From Eledone cirrhosa (lineage: Eukaryota): 64,000 nucleotides of DNA. Made by a program: the position numbers and the translations under genes. The notes beneath the pieces are model-generated. The model did not search any database, was not told the origin of the DNA, and saw nothing but the letters and a program-made list of their open reading frames with translations. The DNA lies in assembly GCA_964016885.1 (NCBI GenBank), contig OZ024742.1, forward strand, positions 376,588,001-376,652,000. Reading direction: 5' to 3'. Of this stretch, positions 33,023 through 42,569 are shown one piece after another (positions within the stretch are counted from its first letter, which is position 1; each line of letters opens with the position of its first letter).

Positions 33023-33828
33023 ATGCACACCAGTAAACCAACAAACAAAACTAATAGAAAGCGATGCAAAGAGTACTTATGGTATAACCCCGAATACAAT
33101 AGCTCCATTAGTACAAATTTACCAGTACTCTTCTTTAAAATAATTAAAAGACATTTTCCCACATCACACAAATACCACAAAATCCTAAACCCTACCACTA
33201 TAAGACTGTCATACTCTACAGCGTTAAACCTTGAACAACACATAAAAAAGATCAATACTAGAAGGTTAAACGAAAACACTAAGAACTTAAGTACAAAGAA
33301 CTCAAAAAAACAGTAGACAATACACTACAGAACATAAATAAACCACACCTAAGTTCGTCCGCAATACTACTCCAGAGAAAACCCAACGTACACAACTGTA
33401 ACTGCACCTATCCTGACAACTGCCCCCTCGGCAATAACTGCCTGGAAAAAAATATTATTTATAAGTGTACCATTAAATCCGGAGGCAACGAGTGGTATTA
33501 CGTGGGATCAACAGCAACATCGTTTAAATCTCGATTGTATAGGCATTCTTACTCAATAAAACACCAGAGCCAAAGAAATGTAACAACTTTAGCAGAAAAA
33601 GCTTGGACGCTCAGGGATAGCAATCAAAAGTTTACCCTAAAATGGGAAAAATTAGCTAAAACCCAAAGCTTTTCCAGGAGCCAAAATTTCTGCAAATTGT
33701 GTAATCTTGAGATTTATTACATAATCACACACAAGAAGAAACTGCTGAATAACAGAATTGAACGAACATTATTCTGCCGTCACAGAACTAAAACCCTTTT
33801 TTCCCACTACAAGCCGAATATTACATAA
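33023..33828 (+). mobile_element. Penelope-like element (Naiad-type) linker plus GIY-YIG endonuclease; one frameshift, no RT upstream
   Basis: RKR..LWYNPEYN..ISTN...FFKIIKRHFP.SHKYHKILN..TIRLSYS. After a frameshift near 33283-33313 it reads CNCTYPDNCPLGNNC (CxCx5Cx5C), NIIY..YYVG, FKSRLYRH, CKLCNLE, LLNNR..CRH. Confidence 0.9.
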
Positions 33829-33999
33829 AAGAGGGACATCCCCCAACTATATAAACCTTAATCTAGTTAGAAAAATATAAAAACAATCTCTTCTCAACAT
33901 ATATTAATAACCTTAAATTACCACACTAATAATGAAAAGATATGCTGATGAGAATAGGTACAAATATGCGATAATGAATGTGTCTAAAAACGTCCATAA

Positions 34000-34125
34000 G
34001 TATGTATATATATGTGAAAATGTATATAAATAAGTAAATATATATATATGTTTGATGTGTATAGTTAGATGTAAGTGTATTCATGTATTAAAGTGCTTAT
34101 ATATATATATATGTGTGTGTGTATA

Positions 34126-34191
<66 letters not shown>

Positions 34192-34279
34192 TATACATAC
34201 ATGCTCTGGTCCATGTGTACACACATGCACATGCATACACATCCATATACACATGCATACATACACATGTGTGTATATG

Positions 34280-34354
<75 letters not shown>

Positions 34355-34625
34355 GTGTATGTATGTATGTGTATATGGATGTGTATGTGTGTGTGTGTGT
34401 GTACACATGGACTGGAGTATGTATGTATATATGTGTGTGTCTATACGTGTGTATATAAAGATAAGTTGAGTATGAAAATGTATACACATGAGCGCGTATG
34501 TATGTACATGAATACATGTGTGTATATATATGTGTATGCATGTGTATATATATGTAAGTATGAATATGTGAATTGTGAATATATGTATTTTGTAGAGGTG
34601 TGCAAATATATTTGTGTGTGAATGC
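34000..34625. repeat. (TA)n/(TG)n/(CA)n microsatellite patch, partly self-complementary
   Basis: Directly visible. ctggtccatgtgtacac near 34206 is inverted as gtgtacacatggactgg near 34399. Confidence 0.9.
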
Positions 34626-34920
34626 GTGGGTGAAAGGATACGTACACTCGAAAGAAAAATTTAAGTCTGAATGTTAATTAAGTGCAAACACAAAACCAAC
34701 CACGCATATCTTTACTATCTCTAATCCTTCTATAGATTTAGAAAAATAACCAATAATATATTCTATAAAAAATGTCAAAACAACAGATGGGAATCTAATT
34801 ACTCACTGCCACCAAGAATTCTCACTGCTATCGAAAAACCACTCCTTCAACTATTCTTCTAACAACTTCACCCCTCCCTCCTAATATTCTCTATAAAAAC
34901 TAAATAGGTCCTCAGTAATA

Positions 34921-35038
34921 TTATTCTGATGAAATGACAGTAAATAATAACATTGAAATATTGAATGTCTGTATAACTAAAAGTTTGTAGATAGCTGTTT
35001 TAGGTTATGTAACTGTTATAGAAACACGTGTCAATAAA
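34921..35038 (+). ncRNA. Type I hammerhead ribozyme with extended stem-loop II (Penelope pLTR-like)
   Basis: Stem I ttatt/aataa; core CTGATGA (34926-34932); stem II atgacagt/actgttat enclosing ~70 nt; GAAAC-ACGT-GTC (35021-35032); AATAAA immediately after. Confidence 0.7.
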
Positions 35039-35071
35039 TTCCTTTCAACTAAACTGTATCCATTCAAATCT

Positions 35072-35102
<31 letters not shown>

Positions 35103-35106
<4 letters not shown>

Positions 35107-35468
35107 GCTTGCAATCAAAAGGTTGTGAGTTCAATACTCCCGGGTGATCTATTGTTTCCTTGAGCAAGACACTTTATTTCACATTGCTCCAGTTTACTCA
35201 GCTGTAGAAATAAGATGATAGGGACTCCAGTCCCTATCAATCCACTGTAAAGTGGTCGTGGAGGTGCCATGGCAAAAAAGCACCCAGCACTCACTGTAAA
35301 TGAGGTTGATGTTAGGAAGGGCATCCAGCTGTAGAAAGCAAGCCAAAATCAGTTCCCGTATGAGCAAGACAAGGTCAGCCGACTGAACACTGCCCATAAC
35401 AGGACAACCTGTCTAACCCATGCTAGCGTGGAAGAACGGACGTAAATTGGTGATGATGATGATGATGA
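35103..35468 (+). mobile_element. tRNA-derived CORE-like SINE with RTE-type 3' tail and (GAT)n
   Basis: B-box gagttcaatac, ccttgagcaagacactttatttcac, and 3' aacccatgctagcgtggaagaacggacgtaaa-(GAT)n. Reverse complement of the 38100 copy. Confidence 0.85.
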
Positions 35469-35711
35469 TATATATTATAAGAACAGATTAAAGTTTAAGC
35501 AAAGAATTGTTCCTTTCACCTTTAACGGGATCTTCTGAAACGGAAAAAAATCAATCTGTGGATATTTAGTATGTTTGTACAAACCATGAAAACATGATGC
35601 TATGAATTTCAGTCAAATGTAAGTTTAACAGTCCAAAACGTGTAACTTATCTGAAATATTGTTTGAATTCTTTAATAACTTTTTAACCACTTAAAAAACA
35701 TGTCTCCTATA

Positions 35712-36627
35712 CTATTTCAGAATCCACTTCTTCCAATATTTCAGAATCCACCTCCTCCAATATTTTACAATCCACTTCCTCCAATATTTTACAAACCACC
35801 TCCTCCAATATTTTACAACCCACTTCCTCCAATATTTTACAATCCACTTCCTCCAATATTTTACAATCCACCTCCTCCAATATTTTACAACCCACTTCCT
35901 CCAATATTTTACAATCCACTTACTCCAATATTTTACAAACCACCTCCTCCAATATTTTACAACCCACTTCCTCCTAATATTTTACAATCCACTTCCTCCA
36001 ATATTTTACAACCCACTTCCTCCAATATTTTACAATCCACTTACTCCAATATTTTACAAACCACCTCCTCCAATATTTTACAATCCACTTCCTCCTAATA
36101 TTTTACAATCCACTTCCTCCAATATTTTACAACCCACCTCCTCCAATATTTTACAATCCACCTCCTCCAATATTTTACAATCGACTTCCTCCAATATTTT
36201 ACAATCCACCTCCTCCAATATTTTACAACCCACTTCCTCCAATATTTTACAATCCACTTCCTCCAATATTTTACAACCTACTTCCTCCAATATTTTACAA
36301 TCCACTTCCTCCAATATTTTACAATCCACCTCCTCCAATATTTTACAACCCACTTCCTCCAATATTTTACAATCCACCTCCTCCAATATTTTACAATCCA
36401 CTTCCTCCAATATTTTACAATCCACCTCCTCCAATATTTTACAATCCACTTCCTCCAATATTTTACAATCCGCCTCCTCCAATATTTTACAATCCACCTC
36501 CTCCAATATTTTACAATCCACCTCCTCCAATATTTTACAAACCACTTCCTCCAATATTTTACAATCGACTTCCTCCAATATTTTACAATCCACTTCCTCC
36601 AATATTTCAGAATCCACCTCCTCCAAT
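35712..36627. repeat. 24-bp minisatellite (AATCCACYTCCTCCAATATTTTAC), ~38 copies, overlapping a splice acceptor
   Basis: Directly visible. TTTCAG replaces TTTTAC at the array start, in the next unit and in the last unit. Two 25-bp units occur near 35961 and 36082. Confidence 0.97.
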
Positions 36628-36791
36628 CTCCGAGAAAGATGCCCAGAAGGGACTCCTTAATTTAATTGAGAGAGGTTTCATACCTCAAGCTGCTTATTTA
36701 ACTCTAGAACCTTCTCCAGTCACGTTGAAAACTATTAAACCAACGGAACCTGATATGACAGAGAAGGGGAAATATTCTTCTGTTTCATTTG
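36611..36791 (+). CDS. IQCH: Internal coding exon of an IQCH-like (IQ motif containing H) gene
   Basis: tttcag| ... |gtaag boundaries. Translation NPPPPISEKDAQKGLLNLIERGFIPQAAYLTLEPSPV... matches the recalled IQCH motif DARKGILSMIERGLIPP. Phase 0 start, phase 1 end. Confidence 0.75.
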
Positions 36792-37004
36792 GTAAGATTA
36801 CTTTTAGTTCCAGCATGTCATCATCATCACCTCCACCACAACCACGACCACCACCACCATCACCATCACCACGACCACCACCACCATTGTCATCACCATC
36901 AACCTCATCATCAGAACTAAACACTTTACAGAGTGTACTGGGTGCATTTTATCATAGCACCAACATTAGTTATCTGTGTATTAATGATAATGATGATGAT
37001 GATC

Positions 37005-37180
37005 CCGATCATCATCATCATCATCATTTAACGTCTATCTTCCACGCTAGCATGGGTTAGATGGGTATTGTCCCATTTGGGTAAGATTGATCGGGTGACC
37101 GTGTCTTGCTCGTATAGGACTATCTGGTAGGTTTTCTACGGTTGGATGCCCTTCTTAACACCAACCACGTTTACAGTGTG
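37005..37180 (-). mobile_element. RTE LINE/SINE 3' tail fragment
   Basis: (CAT)n-ttaacgtc...gctagcatgggttag...ggatgcccttc matches 48358-48510. Confidence 0.8.
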
Positions 37181-37233
37181 ATGATGATATATATATATAT
37201 ACATAAATGTAAGTATTCATACGTAAGTATGCA

Positions 37234-38051
37234 TGCTAGGGCGAGAAATAAAATTCTAATTTTATATATATATATACTAGCTGAGTACCCAACTTCACCC
37301 AGGAGAACAGTTAAGAGAATACGGATAAAAGAGAAAACGACAGTATTGGATGCATTGTCTGGTTTACAGTATGAGGTGAGACCATAATATGTGTGTGTGT
37401 GAGAGAGACCTAAAAAAAAACAACAACCATAAAACTTCCTTATTAGGCTGCATGAATAAACTGCCAATTAAAAGGTAGCATTGGCCTTGGATTTTAAATG
37501 TTGTGAAATAACCATAGTCAGTATGATCTTTTTCAGCTCCAAAGACGTCATATTAAACACAGCAATATACCACATAACATTGCTTCTGAAGTGTTTAACT
37601 ACGTTAGTATAGTCTGTAAGCAGTATATGGATAAAACCTGGAGGGTCCCCTATCAGTGGAAGTCTGACCTTTCCTCCTAAGCAACACATACCAAGTGTAA
37701 TATCCATGCTACCAATCGTGACTTTAGGATCATTTCTATAATTCTTTAATGGATCATATGAAAACGCAGCTCTTAGCCAGTTTATTCACCCTTGAAGATT
37801 CGTTTGTGCTCGTCGAGTTTGCATCGCAACTGTCATTGCCTCTTGGTGATTTTCATATTGAACCTCTCTTTATTGCAATAGTCTTTATTCTTGCCTTAAC
37901 CTTTCTGTTTCCCATCTCATATTCTGAATTAATCAATAATAACATACCCTATCCCCAACCAGCTAAATCAATATACACCATAGATTAATTTCAAATAGTA
38001 AAACGACTTTATAAAAAAAATAAAATTAGAATTTTATTTCTCGCTCTAGCA
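37234..38051 (-). mobile_element. Internally deleted Helitron (N-terminal Rep-helicase remnant) bracketed by 32-bp inverted repeats
   Basis: The minus strand reads AAFSYDPLKNYRNDPKVTIGSMDI..GMCCLGGKVRLPLIGDPP..KHFRSNV..Y.AVFNMTS. The 3' end cctgggtgaagttgggtactcagCTAG lies at 37277. Inverted repeats are 37234-37265 and 38020-38051 (1 mismatch). Confidence 0.8.
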
Positions 38052-38099
38052 CAGCTGATGCATAAATGTAAGTATGCACATGTACACACATATGTATAT

Positions 38100-38512
38100 C
38101 ATCATCATCATCACCGTTTTACGTCCGTTCTTCCATGCTAGCATGGGTTAGACGGGTAGTCCTGTTGTGGGCAGTGTCCGGGAACTGATTCTGGCTTGAT
38201 TTCTACAGCTGGATGCCCTTCCTAACACCAACCTCATTTACAGTGAGTGGTGGGTGCTTTTTTTCCGTGGCACCTACACGACCACTTTACAGTGAGTGCT
38301 GGGTGCTTTTTTGCTGTGGCACCTCCACAACCACTTTGCAGTGGAATGATAGGGACCCCAGTCCTATCATCTCATTTCTACAGCTGAGTAAACTGGAGCA
38401 ATATGAAATAAAGTGTCTTGCTCAAGGAAACAACACACCACTCGGTCTGAGAATTGAACTCACAACCTTTCAATTGCAAGCCTAATGCTGTAACTACTAA
38501 GCCATGCGCCTT
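38100..38512 (-). mobile_element. Near full-length tRNA-derived CORE-like SINE
   Basis: Minus strand has ggcgcatggcttagtag (A-box), gagttcaattc (B-box), ccttgagcaagacacttt, a duplicated ~49-bp module and a (GAT)n tail. Confidence 0.88.
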
Positions 38513-38577
<65 letters not shown>

Positions 38578-38592
38578 TACATATGTTCGTAT

Positions 38593-38632
38593 GGGTTATA
38601 TCGAACATTAATAATAATGTTCGATATAACCC
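38593..38632. other. Perfect 18-bp stem, 4-nt loop hairpin
   Basis: gggttatatcgaacatta-ataa-taatgttcgatataaccc. Confidence 0.9.
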
Positions 38633-38687
38633 AAACTGCCAGTCTGTTGAACAGTTGAAAATATATAGTATTTTCTTAAGTACACAT

Positions 38688-38781
38688 TAGCTGAGTAGCC
38701 TCATTTGCATATCGAGTGAGTTACGGCTGGCCTTGCCGAATATTACGAATAAAATCCAAATATATTTCTCGCTCTAGCACA
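38688..38781 (-). mobile_element. Miniature relative of the 37.2-38.0 kb Helitron (ends only)
   Basis: tagctgagtagcc at one end and atttctcgctctagcac at the other; both match the longer element. Confidence 0.5.
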
Positions 38782-38791
38782 CTTTAATTGT

Positions 38792-39408
38792 ATCTCTCTC
38801 TCTCTAACGGCCTATCTCTCTCTCTCTCTGTATAACTCCTCTCTCTCTAACGGCCTATCTCTCTCTCTCTCTGTATAACTCCTCTCTCTCTAACGGCCTA
38901 TCTCTCTCTCTCTCTGTATAACTCCTCTCTCTCTCTGTATAACGGCCTCTCTCTCTCTCTCTCTCTCTCTCTGTATAACGGCCTCTCCCTATCTCTCTCT
39001 CTAACGCCCTGTCTCTCTCTCTCTGTCTCTGTATAACGGCCTCTCTCTCTCTCTAACGGCCTGTCTCTCTCTCTCTCTCTCTCTCTGTATAACGGCCTCT
39101 CTCTCTCTCTGTATAACGGCCTCTCCCTCTCTCTCTCTCTAACGCCCTGTCTCTCTCTCTCTCTCTCTGTATAACGGCCTCTCTCTCTCTCTAACGGCCT
39201 GTCTCTCTCTCTCTCTCTCTGTATAACGGCCTCTCTCTCTCTCTAACGGCCTGTCTCTCTCTCTCTCCCTCTCTCTATAACGGCCTCTCTCTTTCTCTCT
39301 GTATAACAGCCTATCTCTCTCTCTCTCTCTCTGTATAACGGCCTATCTCTCTCTCTCTCTCTCTCTCTCTATAACAGCTTATCTCTCTCTCTATATATAT
39401 ATAACGGC

Positions 39409-39441
<33 letters not shown>

Positions 39442-39445
39442 ACGG

Positions 39446-39480
<35 letters not shown>

Positions 39481-39961
39481 AACAGCCTATCTCTCTCTCT
39501 CTCTGTATAATGGCCTCTCTCTCTCTCTCTGTATAATGGCCTCTCTCTCTCTCTCTCTATCTCTGTATAACACCCTATCTCTCTCTCTCTCTCTCTCTGT
39601 ATAATGGCCTCTCTCTCTCTCTCTGTATAATGGCCTCTCTCTCTCTCTCTGTATAATGGCCTCTCTCTCTCTCTCTCTATCTCTGTATAACACCCTATCT
39701 CTCTCTCTCTCTCTGTATAATGGCCTCTCTCTCTCTCTCTCTCTCTCTATCTCTGTATAACACCCTATCTCTCTCTCTCGCTCTGTATAATGGCCTCTCT
39801 CTCTCTCTCTCTCTCTCTATCTCTGTATAACACCCTATCTCTCTCTCTCTCTGTATAACGGCCTATCTCTCTCTCTCTCTATAACAGCTTATCTCTCTCT
39901 CTCTCTCTATAACGGCCTCTCTCTCTCTATAACGGCCTCTCTCTCTCTCTCTGTATAACGG

Positions 39962-39998
<37 letters not shown>

Positions 39999-40074
39999 AA
40001 CAGCCTATCTCTCTGTCTCTCTCTCTCTCTGTATAACAGCCTATATATCTCTCTCTCTCTCGCTCTGTATAACG

Positions 40075-40108
<34 letters not shown>

Positions 40109-40323
40109 AACAGCCTATCTCTCTGTCTCTCTCTCTCTCTGTATAACAGCCTATATATCTCTCTCTCTCTCGCTCTGTATAACGGCCTCTCTCTCTGTGT
40201 GTATAACAGCCTATCTCTCTCTCTTTCTATAACGGCCTCTCTCTCTCTCTGTATAACGGCCTATCTCTCTCTCTCTCACTCTATATAACGGCCTCTCTCT
40301 CTCTCTCTCTGTATAACAGCCTA

Positions 40324-40354
<31 letters not shown>

Positions 40355-40425
40355 AACGGCCTATATCTCTCTCTCTCTCTCTCTGTATAACGGCCAATCT
40401 CTCTCTCTCTCTCTCTCTCTTTCTT
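38792..40425. repeat. Compound repeat: (CT)n tracts punctuated by GTATAACGGCCT
   Basis: Directly visible: variable-length (CT)n with a constant ~12-bp spacer. Confidence 0.95.
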
Positions 40426-41344
40426 TAGATGTATGTGTGTGTGTTATGTCAGTTGTCACAGAAATGAATGTATACTCACACATACACATACACACATACA
40501 CACGCATACACTCACACACGCACACATACACTCACACATATGTATGTGTAGATGTGTGTGTGTGTTTAATTCTCAAACACATACACACTCATAGATACAT
40601 ACACACTTATATACAAAATGTGATGTCATTGTCGACGTCAGGGTGTTATAAAATGTTGTTTACTATAGTTGACTATAGAAAGATTATTTTAGTTAAAATG
40701 TTATATTGTTTTAATCCAAATGAAAATAAAAATTACATGTTGACACTCCCGGGGTCTAATACAATTACCTTGTAAATTTGATTTGATTTGGTTGAGCCAT
40801 TTGAGAATGCATAAGAAACAGACAGAGAGGCAACAAATTTTATATATATAGAGATATATTTACCTTGCTTCGTCTTGTTTTTCTATTTACCTTTATCATA
40901 GCTATGATTAGCTTTCTATTTAAGACAGACACCACAGCTTGAAGTCCACTATCCCTTTATTTTATTTTATTTGTTTTCTTTTATCCTTCCATCTCTGCTG
41001 TTTGTTTTATCACACACAGATCATAACAGCAGAAACATTTAGTTTTCTCTTGCACGATCCAACATTTTAAAATGGTCCTCTCAATTAAATCGTGCTGTCT
41101 TGACCTATAGATGGGGCTGGGATTTTGAACTATTTCATAGTTTAAAAGTATTTTAGATCTCAACATATTAAAACTTCATAAATATAAACTCCACTCATGT
41201 AAATATACAACACCACAGCATCTAAACATCATATGTTGATTAGCTGTCTTGTCTTATAGATGGGGTTGGGATTTTGGCCTATTTCACAGACATAAAATGG
41301 TGGTGGTGGTGTGTGGGAGGGGGGCTTCAGTTTATATTCAAATG

Positions 41345-41490
41345 GACTTATACATGAGTATATGATTATACATGAGTATAGACTTATACATGGGTATAGA
41401 CTTATACATGAGTATATGATTATACATGAGTATAGACTTATACATGGGTATAGACTTATACATGAGTATAGAATTATATATGAGTATATG
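41345..41490. repeat. 18-bp minisatellite (GACTTATACATGAGTATA), ~8 copies
   Basis: Directly visible, with a 54-bp trimeric pattern. Confidence 0.9.
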
Positions 41491-41607
41491 CATTAAGTAA
41501 TCATATGAAATATTTTCATTAGTTGTCACCTGTTCTATAAATCCTTGAATCTGTAGATCAAGTTAAAAAAGTTAGTTAAAGTCTGTTCTAAGTCAGAGAT
41601 TGATGAA

Positions 41608-41826
41608 GCTGGTGCTTATGCCTGGTTTCCTTGGTGTTAAGTGACTCAGCATACAAGTGTCTCCCTGGACAGGGCGCCAGTCTATCGCAGGATTAGATCC
41701 CCGCTATTGCTGGCACTCTCAGTTAAGTGTATTGGAGCAATGTGAAATAAAGTGTTTTGCTCAAGAACACCATGCAACACTCTATCCAGGAATTGAACCA
41801 ATGACTACATCCTAACCATTAGCCTA
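41608..41826 (-). mobile_element. Diverged CORE-like SINE
   Basis: ggagcaatgtgaaataaagtgttttgctcaagaacac...gaattgaacc matches 38394-38462. Confidence 0.7.
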
Positions 41827-42569
41827 CTGCTATTAACATATCTCTTGGAGAATAATATTTTAAATATTAAAAGCAAATATATAGCTACTAAAAGATAATT
41901 TCAAACGTTAGTGTTGCAATGATTAGGCAAGGAAGAATAATTTATGAAGATAGTTTCTTTGTGATTTCGAATTTACTTCAACATGGCATTTTGATAAGAT
42001 TCTATATATTTATAAATAACTTTGTAAGAAGTTCTCTTATTGTGTGGTAGATTATCCAATTTCATATGTTCCTTGTAAAACGGGGGAGTGAAAAGCTTAC
42101 ATTTACTGTACACCTGCCAATCCTTTAGTAACAAGCTTCAAAGATTAACAGGGGGAAGGGATTGGAGAAGGAGAAGTTTATATAACAGATATATTAGCCT
42201 GTAAAAGTTACTGTAATCATTTCTGGGACAGAGTATTGAAACATGTTATTATTCAATAAAATTCTGAGTTTTAATATTTGTTAGTGAAAACATTTGGCTC
42301 TGAAACAGATGAAGCATTAAACTGAACTCCATTGGCTCTGTGTTATTTATTGCTCTCCTGAAGCTCGATAATGCTGGGTAGATTGATGGAGGACAAAATA
42401 AACAGCTGCTGGTTAAATTTAACTCTTCTATAAATCCTTAACAGAATGATAATTCTAAAACCAGCAAATTTTAATATTTCACATCATAGAAGGGTTGTAG
42501 ATAGGCAGAATTGGTAGAGTGCTGGATAATATACTATTGCAGTATTGTTCAGGCTCTATATTCTAAGTT

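Noticed and set aside
34052-34647. ORFs rich in YI/CV/HT
   Set aside because: They are translations of dinucleotide microsatellites.
36078-36626. Minus-strand (EEVDCKIL)n ORF
   Set aside because: It is the antisense reading of the 24-bp minisatellite; the splice and homology evidence is on the + strand.
37749-37988. Hydrophobic 79-aa + strand ORF
   Set aside because: It is the antisense shadow of the Helitron coding remnant.
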